A stretch of 64,000 nucleotides of DNA from NCBI GenBank assembly GCA_013239625.1, contig MU054391.1:1-64000 (forward strand). Reading direction: 5' to 3'. The notes beneath the pieces are model-generated. The model saw only the letters and a list, made by a program, of their open reading frames with translations, was not told where the DNA came from and searched no databases. A program made the position numbers and the translations under genes. The DNA comes from Lama guanicoe. Taxonomy: Eukaryota. How positions within the stretch are numbered: position 1 is the first letter of the stretch; the number at the start of each line of letters is the position of its first letter. Below are positions 23,834 to 35,383 of this stretch, piece by piece.

Positions 23834-24832
23834 GTACATTTATCCAAAATAAAACTTGTAACTTATAAGCCCCAACGGGAACCAGGAGAAACCTACACTT
23901 GCGAGGCAATACACAACTTCAGGTACATGTTTAAAAAAAAACCCACCATGTAACGATGATTACAACAGTACATAATTGCTTAAATATATCCAATTAAAGC
24001 TCCTAAAATAAGTATTTTAATATACAGGGAGAAAGATATATGTTTCCAGTAAGAGAGTTTCATAAAACACAAAAATTTCATGCATAATCAGGATTTTAAA
24101 TATTTGACAAGTTCTAAAAGTTCTTTTTAGCTGCTGCTAACTTTGAGATGCTTTAAAGGAAGTCTAGGGCATCTTAGATATTAAGTTAACTTTTTTTTTT
24201 AAATATGTTAAGTTAAACATAATCAGTCACAATTCTAGTAATCACAAACAAGTCTCTATCAATTACAGATGTTTAACCATAACTTTTAAGTCTTTTTGTT
24301 GTTACAGACTGTCAAAGTGCTGTTACAAAGGTGCTTCATCTTTAAGAAAATTCACCAAAAGTCAATGAAAACAGTGGGTTACAGCAGCCCCACATCTGAT
24401 GATGGCTATGTGAGGATTCCAGCCAATACCCTCAGCCCTTGGATGCAAAAACAAAAGGCTGTCCTGTTCCTGGGGTCCCTAGATTAGACATTCAGAGATT
24501 TTTACTCCCTGATATGCAGGGCCAATGACCCTACTCAAGCTGGAAGCAGTTTCAAAAGATGGACCTTCTTTGCCCCTCCACAACCCCATAAGATAATGGG
24601 AGTAAAATCTCTGAGGGTGGAATGAGACAGAAAGGAGGCAGGGCACAGCCATTCAAGGAATGCTACAGCAATTAACATCAAAATGGTGAAAAATTCAACC
24701 CCCAGTAGGCCTTGATGCTCAAGATGATGGGAGATTTAACTCCTAGTAGACCTTTGGAGCTGGCCCACACTCTGTCCATGGAGTGTGTACCTACTTTTAA
24801 TCTGAGCACCCAACCTCCCACACCTTGTGGCA
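23834..24832 (+). mobile_element. Second ERV1: 3' internal fragment, PPT and internally deleted LTR (24623-~24832)
   Basis: PPT-like gagggtggaa followed by tgagacagaaaggaggcagggcacagccattcaaggaatg; same LTR family as the adjacent minus copy. Confidence 0.7.
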
Positions 24833-24834
24833 CA

Positions 24835-25475
24835 TCCCAGGGGCTCAACTGAAGCCTGGGACACAGCCCTTCTCAGGCCTCACATCTGTTTTCCTGCATC
24901 ACTGGGACATGCCCTGCTAGGCATGGGTCCTTGGCTTTGCACAGGAAAGAATTCAAGAGCAAGCCACAGTTGAATAAAGGTAGATTTATTCAGAGAGATA
25001 TATTGAAAGACAAGAGAAAGACCATAAGGTGTGGGGGTTGGGTGCTCAAATTAAAAGTAGGTACACACTTCATAGACAGAGTGCAGGCCACCCCTGAATG
25101 GTGGGATGGGGGAGACAGAGAGGCCATGAGGGGCAGGGTTGCCCATTTTTATGAGCTTTGGTAGCTTCATATGCAAATAAGTGGAAGGACCAGTCTAACT
25201 ATCCTGGGGAAGGGGCTTGGATTCCCAGGAATTTGGCTATTTCCCACTCTTTGACCTTTTGTGGCTAGCCTTGGGACTGTCATGGCACCTGTAGGCATGT
25301 TATTCATCATGCTAACATATTATAATAAGCATATAATGAAGCTCAAGGTCAACTAGAAGTTAAATATCCCGTCATCTTGAGCCTTAAGGACTACTGGGAG
25401 TTGAATCATTCACTATTTTGATGTTAATTGCTGTAGCATTCCTTGAATGGCTGTGCCCTGCCCCTTCCTGCCTCA
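24835..25475 (-). mobile_element. ERV1 LTR, same family as 24623, opposite orientation
   Basis: Ends ...ccttgaatggctgtgccctgccccttcctgcctca, the reverse complement of the 24623 start; minus-strand AATAAA at ~24985. Confidence 0.8.
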
Positions 25476-25805
25476 GTGCCCAGCTGGAAAGGCCTTCCCA
25501 CCCAGTAGAAGGGCTTTCAGGGAAGTCACAGAGGTTCAAAGACTGGGCTGGGCAGAAACCTGGGATTTAGGCACAGATGCCTGTGGTGCTAGGAGACCAT
25601 CACTGACAAGAGAGGCCAGATGCCAAGCGAAAGGACTCAGGACCCCACAGGAGCACACAGAGATGCATTCCAGCCAGCAACTGGGGGAGTCCTCAGGCCT
25701 CAGTCTGCCCTGTGGATATTGGGGACCAGCCCATGGTGCACGGTTTTCCCAGGCCACTGCAGGCCTGCGCTCAAGGGTCCTGGTTGCCCACCTTTACGCA
25801 AAAAA

Positions 25806-25817
25806 NNNNNNNNNNNN
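25806..25817. other. Assembly gap inside a poly-A tract
   Basis: Run of N. Confidence 1.
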
Positions 25818-25968
25818 GAAAAAAAAAAAAAAAACAAGAGCAGGAAAGGGTGGAGCCAAAGTGGCCACCAACCAGGTAACAAACTGCAGGCTCAGAAAAA
25901 AACCCTCTGCTGCCAATGAACCAGGTTGGATTAGTGTGGGCCCTGGCATTGCAGTCCAGAGCCACGCC

Positions 25969-26370
25969 GAGGATTCTAGGTCCTGTAGATCTGGGGTTAG
26001 CAGAAACGCCAAAGATTCTAGGTACTGTAGTCCCAGAATGAGCACAAACACTGAGGATCCTGGATACTGTAGTCCCTGGACGGGCAGCAGTGGGGAACTG
26101 GTAACATACCAAGACCTCTGAGTACTGTAGCCCCAGGATTAGGGGAGGGTGCACGTGGATTCTGGTTACTGTAGTTCTGAGATGAACAAAAATACCGAGG
26201 ATTCTGGGTACTGTAGTCCTGGGCAGGCAGGCATGCTGAGTCTTCTGGGTGTTGTAGTCCCAGGATGTGGCACACCTAGGATTCTGGGTACTGTAGTTCC
26301 ACGCCACATGGAGGATTCTGAGTACTGTATCCCCGGGCCACGCAGGGGATTCTGGGTGCTATGGACCCAG
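25969..26370. repeat. Array of ~10 copies of a ~21-bp core (GGATTCTGGGTACTGTAGTCC) with variable spacers; ZNF143/THAP11-like
   Basis: Cores at ~25969, 26012, 26053, 26111, 26155, 26197, 26238, 26277, 26311 and 26345. Confidence 0.85.
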
Positions 26371-27352
26371 GCCTCTTGAGGTGCTTTGGTCCATGTCCCT
26401 GTTCCCTGTCATGCTGACAAGTAGGACTTCCCATTCCTCTCTTCTGTGTGATTTTCCCTTGGGGAAGGAGGGGTGTGCAAGGCTGATCTTGTGGCTCAGT
26501 GGTGAGGCCTGGTGGGGCAGAGCACTTGAGAGCCTCAGGCCCAGTATTTCTGCTGGGGGCAGGGGAGGACTCTCCAAAAGCACATCGGGTAAAGGCAATG
26601 GGGTGTGGTGCTTGCCAAGGACCCCAGGTCAGGGCACCACATGGTTTATTATCTCTCTTAGCAAGCTAAGAGGTAGCAAGGCAGAAGGCACTTTTGCCAG
26701 CCTCATGGATGTAGAGAACTGAAATATCCCAAGGTGCTCTCTACACTACCCAGGGGGTTGTTGAATTGCCCAACAGCATAGTCAGCTTAGTAACTGACAA
26801 CAGAGTCTTGACAGGCCCAGGCTGGCCTGAGCTGGAGGACCATGAATGCCTGCCCAGATGGTCAGAAGTCAAGGGCTGTCCTGCCTGACTTGACTATCCC
26901 TTGATGCCCACTCAGATGGGACAAAAGATCCAGCCAGTTCCAGGGGGTGGCCCATCAGCACACACAAAGGGAGCACCTGGGGGCTGGCAGGTCCCTCCAC
27001 CCAGCCCTGTGTACATCCACACATGTCTACTGAGTTTTCTGGGTGCCAATACTGTGCTGGAACCTGGGGCTGCATAGGCAGAGTGGGGACAGCAATGCCT
27101 TGCCCAGGTGAGAGGGCAGAGGAAAACACTTGTGACTTCTGAGGTTCCACAAGCCTTGACTGAGATTGAGTTGGATTTGAAACAGTCAGTGATAACAACA
27201 GACATTTCATTCTTTCAGTGCCCAGGACAGGGGGGCAGAAAAACAGTGGTACAGTCAACTCCCTGACTCATGTGTGACTCTGGGCTAATCCTGTCCATCC
27301 TGGAGGCCTCAAAGAGATGGATAAGAGAGAGAAGGGAATGGGCCAGTGATGC

Positions 27353-27657
27353 TTAAACCTAACTCTTCTAACCCTAATGCTCTAAACCTAACACCCTCAC
27401 CTATACCCTAATCACCTAACTTATAACCCTATACCCTAACCCCAGGCCCCTAGACCCTTGGCCCTGACTCCTAAACTCTAAACACTGACCCTTACCCTCA
27501 CCCTAACCCTCTAACCCTAACTCTACAACCCCTACAACAACCCTGAATGTGGACACTGATCCTGACCCAGGACTAAACACTAGGCTTAGTCTAGCCCTGA
27601 CTCATACCCATATCTTACCCTAACCCTAAATTTAACCCATACCCATTAACCATAACA
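27353..27657 (-). repeat. Degenerate interstitial telomeric repeat, (CCCTAA)n on the + strand
   Basis: About 300 bp of ccctaa/cctaac/ccctga/ccctca variants, e.g. ccctcaccctaaccctctaaccctaac. Confidence 0.85.
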
Positions 27658-28612
27658 GGTTAAAAAATAGAGGGGAGGCATGGACTGTGCACTACAAGCA
27701 AGTGTCTGTACACCAGAAATCCAGGTTTTTCAACAAATTAAAACCAAACAAGGCAATACACCACAGTAACTATGTGACATAAAAACACATGGTTATATTG
27801 ATATAGAAAAAAACTTTAAACAAAATCCAGTGCTATTTCATGTTCATAAACACTCAAGAAATTAAAAGGAAATCTGTTCAATATGATTAAAAAAAAACTA
27901 TTATGCAAAGTCCATAGCAAACTTCATGCTCAAGTTGAAGGTTTACTCCTGAAATCAAGAAAAAAAGTCCATGATGCTTGCTTTCCCCACTGTTACTCAG
28001 TACTGTACTGGAATCTCTACACTGAGTAATGAGGAAAGAAGGAAAATACAACCACATGTGGAAGGAAAAAGTAAAACCATTTCTATTCAGAGACACCACT
28101 CACATCATCTTATATATAGACCCACCTAAAGAATCAACAGGAAGTTATCTGAGCTACTAAACTAGTTCAGCAAAACTACAGAGCAAAATATCAAGAAACA
28201 AAAGTTAATTTTATTTGTAGACACTAGCAATTAATAACCTGAAAAGGAATTTAAGAAAACAATTCTCCTTTAAATAATGTCAGCATTAATACAATATTTT
28301 GGAACAGGTTTAATAAGGATGCAAGACTGGTACACTGAGAATTATAAAGCATTGGTGAAAGAAACCCTAATTAAATATGGAGACATCCCATGGTGATAGA
28401 AAGACTTAATCTTGTTAAGATGGCAACAGTGCACGATGCAACCTACAGATTCAATGTGGCTCCTGTGAAATGTCCCAAGGCCTAAGGGAAGAAATACACA
28501 AGCCTATCCTACCCTACGTATGGAACTACAGGGAACTCCAAAGAGCCAAAGCAACTTTGAAAGGGAAAATCAAAACTGTAGGATCATGTTTCCCAATTTC
28601 GAATCTTAGTAC

Positions 28613-29069
28613 TGTCGACTACAATAAAATCACACAGTGTGAGAGTTGCGGGTTAAGATTTACTTGGGGCAAAATGAAGACTATAGCCTGGGAGATGGCA
28701 CCCCAGAAAGCTCTGAGAAACTGTTCCTCAGTTTTATATGTGATTTCAGTGAAGGGGGGTTTGTATGTGCAATCAAGCACACACTCAGGTAAAGGCTAGC
28801 TGCTAGTCACGAGGAGCAGTTGTCACCATTGATGAATTTAGTGTTTTTCTAGATAGGAGGAGATGCAGGAATTTGGGCTTATAAAATCTTCTCCTGAAAA
28901 TATCTAACTATCTGAAGGCCTGTTCAGTCAGTTTTCCCAGAGCACAGAGTGCCTCATGCTTGACCTCCATCCTGCACTCCTTTCAGGGTGTGTTGGAGGT
29001 CAGTGGCTGCAGTGGCTCACAATTTAATCCAAGGAGAGTTAGATGGCAAATGCCAATTTTTAATTAGCA
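28613..29069 (-). mobile_element. ERV1 solo LTR (MER41-like, tentative) with 4-bp TSD
   Basis: TG...CA termini, TSD gtac at 28609-28612 and 29070-29073; related to the 12750/15609 LTRs (gaatttagtgtttttct, gtcagtggctgcagtggct). Confidence 0.85.
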
Positions 29070-29355
29070 GTACCAAGCAACAGTAAATTAAACAGTTGAC
29101 ACTGGTATAAATATACATGTACAGATCCATGGATTTGAATGGAGGGCCCAGAAATAAACCCATCAATCTAGGATCAACTGATTTTTGACAACAGTGGCCA
29201 GCATTAAATTGAGGGAAAATGGTGTTTTCAACAAATGGTGCTAGGCAATTGGCTATCCACATGCAAGGGAATGAAATTGGATCTTTACTTCCCACCACAT
29301 ATAAAATTAACTCAAAATAGATAAAGTTTAAGAAGTTTAAGAAGAGGTAAAATTA

Positions 29356-29746
29356 CAGTCAGCCCTCCCTACCTGCAGGTTTCACATGTGCAGATTCAAC
29401 CAACATCAGGGAGCAATTTTAAAAAAAATCAGCAACACGCACACACACACAGCCCCCACCACCACCAACAACAACAACATAGTTCCAGAAAGTTCCATGA
29501 AGAAAAAATTGACTTTGTCCCATGACAGCAACTATTTAAATAACATTTACATTTTCTTCACAACTATTTACATGTTATTTACACTGTATCAGGTATTACA
29601 GGTAATCTAGAGGTGATTTAAAGTATACAGGAAGATATGCTTAGATTATTTGGAAATACTATATCATTTTATGTAAAGAACCTACAGATTTGCATATCCA
29701 CTGAGTGTCCTGGAATCAGTACCCCACAGAAATAGAGTGACAGCTA
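29356..29746 (-). mobile_element. MER2/MER2B DNA transposon (paralog of 6639-6994)
   Basis: ta|cagtcagccctccc...gattcaaccaac...taatctagaggtgatttaaagtatacaggaag; TA target site. Confidence 0.88.
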
Positions 29747-31309
29747 TATAAACTCTCGAAGGAACAATGGGGAGAAATTATGACCTTGGATTCAGCAATT
29801 TTCTTAGATCTGACACCACAGCACAAGAAATAAGAGAAAAAGATAAATTGAATTTCCTCAAAATTAAAAACCTTTGAGCATCAAAGGTGCTATCCAGAAA
29901 GTGAAAAGACAGCCCACAGAATGGAAGAAAATATTTGCATGTTACATATCTGAAATGAGTCTTTATCCAGATTTACAATTTATCAACAAAAAGACAAACA
30001 ATCCAGTTTTTAAAATGGCAACAGGACCTGAATAGACCTTTCTCCAGACAAGAGATACAGTTAACAAGCACATGAAAAGATGTTAAACATCATTAGTCAT
30101 CATGGAAATGCAAATTTATCCCACAATGCCATACCCCTTCACACATACTAGAATGCCTACAATCAAGAAAACTAAAAATAACAAATGTTGACAACAATGC
30201 AGGGAAATTGAAACCCTTAAATATTGCTTGTAGAAATGGAAAATGGTGCAGCCTATGTGTACAATTGTTTGTCATTTCCTCAAAAAGATAAAAATACAGT
30301 TACCATATGGTTCAAAAACTCCACTCTTAGATATAGACTCCAAAGCATTAGAAACAGATGTTCAAACAAAAAATGTGTATGTGAATATTCATAGTAGCAC
30401 TGTTCACAATGGCCAAAAGGTAGGACAATTGAAATACCCATCAAAGAGTGAACAGATAAACAGATGGACTACATCCACAAACTACCATCTTATTCTGCGA
30501 TCTAAAGGAATAAGGTAAAATGGTGCAGCCACTGTGGAAACGGTGTGGTGGCCACACAGCCCTGACACACAGGGCCCTCAGTAGACATGCGTCAGTTTAT
30601 ATAGACTGGGTGCGGCAACCTGCCAGAGCCTAGCTGCAGCCTTTTGAGGACTGGTGGGGCCCTCCTGGGACTTCCTTCCTCCAGTCCAAGTGGGCAGCAT
30701 TAGGACAGCCCTTGGCCTCTGACCATCCAGGTGGACATGTGTGTCCAGGCAGAGAGGGCCAGCGCCACCCTTCCCAGGTGGGAGGGGAGGTGGAAGTCCT
30801 TTGTGACCTCTGAGGCCCTGACACCCTTGGCTGAGGTGGAGTTGGATTTAAAGCAGTCAGTGAGCTGAACAGACATTTCATTCTTGGATCAGAGCTCAGG
30901 CCTGAGGGGCAGACAAGCAATGGTCCAGCTCAACCAGTTTCCAGCAGAGGGCTCTCTTGTCTGAGGTGTCACCTACTTATCACTGCACACCTGTGGTCCT
31001 TCCAAACACACGTAGAAGAACACAGGGAAACCTTTACTAAGGGTTGAATGCTAGTTTTGTACAGTATCACAGACACTCAGATTATTTCTTAGTACACTAC
31101 TATGAGCCCTGAGGAACGTCAGGCAAATTACTCATGTGTACATTCAAGAAAGAACCAATCATACAACTTATAGGCCCTGAATTCTTGCTGGAATACCTAC
31201 GAGACAGACACTCCATAGCAGTGATATACAATAAAAAAGCAAATTTGTATTTACCTTAGAATCATTTGTGGTCACTGTGACCATCACAGAAGCGCGGTGA
31301 TTGAACGTG

Positions 31310-31540
31310 CTGGAGGTCTGCTTGCTCTCCAGACCCAGTCCCAGCCACCTTCGCTCTGTCAGTGCCCTGGAAAGCTGACCCATGTGAACTGTCCATAGGT
31401 TCTCCTGTCTTCCAGCTTTTCATTGGCTCAATCAGCAGGTACTTACTGCTCTGCAGGCCATGGTGAGCTGTGGTGGTCCTTGCTCCGAGATCACAGCTCC
31501 TGTCAGGTGGTGTACTTCACAAAGCTTTCTCTCTGACACT
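31310..31540 (+). mobile_element. LTR33-like ERVL LTR fragment
   Basis: gctctgtcagtgccctggaaagctgacccatgtg...ttcattggctcaatcag...cacagctcctgtcaggtgg. Confidence 0.55.
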
Positions 31541-31680
31541 GAGGTTATCTAGTTAACAGATAAGTTTTCTAAGTTTCTATTTTCTTTTAACTTTACTTAG
31601 TAAAGGTGGTCTTTAGTGTTCCCAGAAGTGCTCAGCTGCACCGTTTCCAAGACATGATTTTCCTTTGTACTGATATGGCT

Positions 31681-31698
31681 GGTTAGGGTTAGGGTTAG
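31681..31698 (+). repeat. Short exact telomeric repeat (GGTTAG)3
   Basis: ggttagggttagggttag. Confidence 0.8.
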
Positions 31699-33029
31699 CT
31701 GGCTGTGGTGTCACATGACCTGCGGGTCACACACCTTTCAGACAGAGAAATGCATGCAGTGGGTGGGGGCAGGCCTTGTTCCAGGACGTGTCTCAGCTCC
31801 AACACCTGCTGTATGCAGGTCTTCCATCATCTTAGTGCTACCTCCATAGACAGCGTCCTCTATCTTCACTTCCTCTCATCATTTTCCCTCTAACCACACC
31901 TATGGAACAGCGGCTCCCCCAGTATGATGTGTCCTCTCACTCACTCTGGGCAAACACCGGCTGCTGCTTTGCACTCCTCATTCGACTCATGCAAGACACC
32001 TCCTGTGGCCAAAGCCAATTCAGAGGAGAAGGGGTTTCCGAGAAGACTGGCTCCAGTTTAATCAAACTGTGCACATAGACAGCATCTAACCATGGCAAAC
32101 TCTTTGTCTTCCTTTCCTGCTACCTTTCCACAAACTTGCCGTGTTCAGAACACTTGGATTTCAGACACCAGGCTTATTCCAGGTACAAGATTTTTGTTCC
32201 TGTTCCTCATTCTTCACTGCCCCCTCCTCTGACTTTTTCTAGACTTGCTTTCTTCTCTTAGATATTACATGCTCAGAGAGTCCCTAAGCACACTAAATAA
32301 AAAAGCAATTTCTGTCACTTTCCAATCCTTTAGCTTGCTTATTTTTCTTAAAATTGTGTACTTCTGGCTGACAAGGTATTAAAATCAGTTTATTTTTGAG
32401 ATGGCCTCCCTTACTAAGTTATGTAGGAGTAGTATGTGTACTAAGTATGTGGCCTTTTCTTTTCACTATGTGGCTGTCACAACAAGGACCACAGAGTATG
32501 TGGCCCAGATTTTCCAGCTGCCAAAGGCTCTGCTCCATCCTGCGCCCTACACAGCTTCCCCAGTTGTGCAAACATGTATGTTTCCTTCAGCTGAATCCCA
32601 AGGTCTTTTGACATTTCACTAGTGATAGCAACAACTTGTCTGTGTATTTCTGGGATGTGTCTAGCATCCAGAGTTTAATATATTCCAGAGAATGTTCTTG
32701 AGTAATTGACAGTCCATTGTGAATAACAAATCAAATGAGTTCAACGGGTGTGAACCTGAGTAATTAGGAGAGTAGTGGAGATTCTTCACGTTGGACTGAG
32801 GCAGAACTGGCCTCACAACTGCCACTGTGGCCCTTGACATCCCCCAAACTTCTTCCTCCTCTCCACCAAACTCCTCTATGTTTCACCCTTTAATTCACAT
32901 TTGCAAAAGGTTCTTCCTGCATCAACCAAATGTTTAATGACATACGGCATTATTTCTGTTTAGGGCAGATTTGATTAGAGTGTGATGCTAAAATAACGGG
33001 CTCATGGGAACTGGAAAAACTCAAAGCAA

Positions 33030-35383
33030 AAGGCAAATATGTTTTTAATTATTAAGGTGTTTTTATAGTTTCAAATTTTAACAAAGTCTACCTCATCATT
33101 TTTTTCCCATAGACTGTGCTTTGGGGTTGTATCTAAAAACTCTTCACCAAATCCCCAGGTCCCCTAGATTTTCTCCTATTCTATCTTCTGTAAGTTTTAT
33201 AGTCTTGCATTTTATGTTTATGATCCACTTTGAGTTAATTTTTATTGAGGGTACAAGGTCAGTGTCTACATTTACTTATTTATTTTTGCATTTATACATC
33301 CAGTTGCTCTAGCACCATTTGTTGAAAATGCAATCCTTTCTCCATTAAACTGCTTTGTTCTTTTGTCAAGGATCAGTTGATCATATTTGTATGAGTTATT
33401 TCTCAACTCGATTCTGTTCCATTGGTCTATTAGTCTACGTTTTCACCAGTACCACACTGTCTTGATTATTGTAGTTTTACGGTAAGCCTTGAAGTCAGAT
33501 TGTGTCAGTCCTCCGGCTTTGTTGGTAACCCCAAAGTAATTTGCTGGGACTCCAATTGAGAATGCATTAAATCTGTAGATCAAGTTGGAAAGAACTAGCA
33601 TCTCAACACTATTTAGGCTTCCTGTCCATTAACATGGAACACCTCTTCACTTGTTTGGATCTTTGATCTCTCTGATCAGCAGTTTTTAGTTTACCTCCTA
33701 TAAATCTCATACATGCTTTGCTGGATTTATTCCAACTACTTCATCTTGTTTTGCTCTTAGTGTAAATGGTGTTGGGTTTTAATTTCAAATTCCTTTTGCT
33801 CACTGCTGGTATATAGGAAAGCAAGTGTCTTTGTTTATACCAACTTTGTATCCCGCAACCGTGCTGTAATCCCTTACTGGACACAGGAGTATTTTTCTGT
33901 CTATTCTTTGGAAAGTTGTACATAGATAATCACGTCATCCACAGACACAGACAATCTTATTTCTTCCCTCCCAAACTGTATACCTTTTGTTTCCTTCTCT
34001 TGTCTCATTGGATTAGCTAGGCCTTCCAGTACAATGCTGAGCAGGAGCGGTGAGAGGGACCATCCTTGTCTTGATCCTGCTCCTGGCGAGAAAAGCAACA
34101 GATCCTTACCATTAAGAGTGATGTTAGTTGTAGGCTTTTTGTAGGTGGTCTTTATCAAGCTGAGGAAGTCCTCCCTCCGCTTCTAGTTTGCTGAGAGTTT
34201 TTATTAGATTTCACCAAATCTTTTCTTCAGTTATTGACATAATTATGTAATTTTCCTCCTTTAGCCTGTTTGGTATTGCTATAGATGGAATGTTTGCATC
34301 TTCCCGCAAATACTCCTGCTGAAGCCCTAACCCCTCAATGTGGGAATATTTGGAAACTGGGCCTTTAGAAGGTAATTAAGGTTAAATGAGGTCAAAAGGA
34401 TGGAGCCCTAGTCTAACGGGATGTGTGTTCCTGTAAGAAGAGACACCACGCAGAGTGCTCACCCTCTCTCTCTGCACTCATGGAAAAGCCAGTGAGCAAG
34501 AAGGTGGCCATCTGCAGCTTGAGGGATGGGCCCTCACCAGACACCAGCCCTGCTGGCATCCTGCCCTTGGGCTTCCCACCTCCAGAACTGCGAGGAAAAC
34601 TACCTGTGGTTCAAGCTGCCGGTCTGTGATGTTTTGTTAGAGCAGCACAAGCTGACTAATAGAAATGTAATTCATTGATTTTGTGACTTTGGGGAAGTGG
34701 CCTTGCTTACCTGGGGTAAATCCCACTTGGATGTGGTATAAAATTATTTTACTAAGTTGTTGGATTTGATTTGTTGGTATTTTACTGATAATTTTTCATC
34801 CGTCTTCATAGGAGATATTTGTTTGTAGTTTTCCTTTCTTGTAATGCCTTTATCTGCTTTTGGTATTAAGGTAACACTGGCCTCATAAATGAATTAGGAA
34901 ATGACCCTTCTCTTTCAGTTTTCCAGAAAAGAGCGTGGAGAATTGGTAGAATTCCTTCCTTAAATGTCTGGAGCACTTAACCGGTGGAACCACCTAGGTT
35001 TGATGCTTTCTGTTTTAGAAGATTATTATCACGGATTCAATCTCTTTAACAGATACAGGCCTATTCAGATGATCTATGTCTCCTTGAGTGAGTTTTGGTA
35101 GATTGTGTCTTCCAAAGACTTGGTCCATTAAATTTACATCATCAAGTTCACGGACATAGAGTTAGTTATTCCTAATATTCCTTCTTTATTCGTGTAATGT
35201 CCCCATGGTCAGTAGTGACAGCCCTCCTTTCATTTCTGACGTTAGTAATTCCTGTCTTCTCTTTTTCTTGATTAACCCGGTTAGAATTTCATCAGTTTTA
35301 TTGATCTTTTCAAAGAACTAGCTTTTGATTTCATTGATTTTCTCTATTGTTCTACTGTTTTCAATTTCTTTGATTTCATCTCA
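33030..35383 (-). mobile_element. Old L1 ORF2 fragment with nested MLT1A
   Basis: Minus ORF YKKPTTNITLNGKDLLLFSPGAGSRQGWSLSPLLLSIVLEGLA...EEIRLSVSVDDVIIY is a degenerate L1 reverse-transcriptase core. Confidence 0.92.
34277..34662 (+). mobile_element. MLT1A/MLT1A0 solo LTR
   Basis: tgctatagatggaatgtttg...gaagccctaacccc...ggtaattaaggttaaatgaggtc...cctccagaactg...ttttgttagagcagc. Confidence 0.88.

Larger units (their letters stand above)
27690..30545 (+). mobile_element. L1MB-like ORF2/3' fragment with nested LTR and MER2
   Basis: Continuous degenerate L1 (gagacatcccatgg, cctacagattcaatg, caacaaatggtgctaggcaattgg, aatggtgcagcc). Confidence 0.85.

Noticed and set aside
25447..26307. Longest ORFs (224 aa on +, 178 aa on -)
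   Set aside because: They run through an N gap, a poly-A tract and the repeat array; no domain similarity
25969..26370. CRISPR array
   Set aside because: Mammalian context, no cas genes, degenerate repeats and irregular spacer lengths; better explained as a transcription-factor motif cluster or decayed minisatellite
1..31000. KRAB zinc-finger gene call
   Set aside because: Repeat landscape and promoter motifs are suggestive, but no KRAB box or C2H2 array (HTGEKPY linkers) was seen
27353..31698. Telomere-telomere fusion site
   Set aside because: A fusion scar is adjacent (TTAGGG)n then (CCCTAA)n; here the order is reversed, the tracts are 4 kb apart and they differ in age
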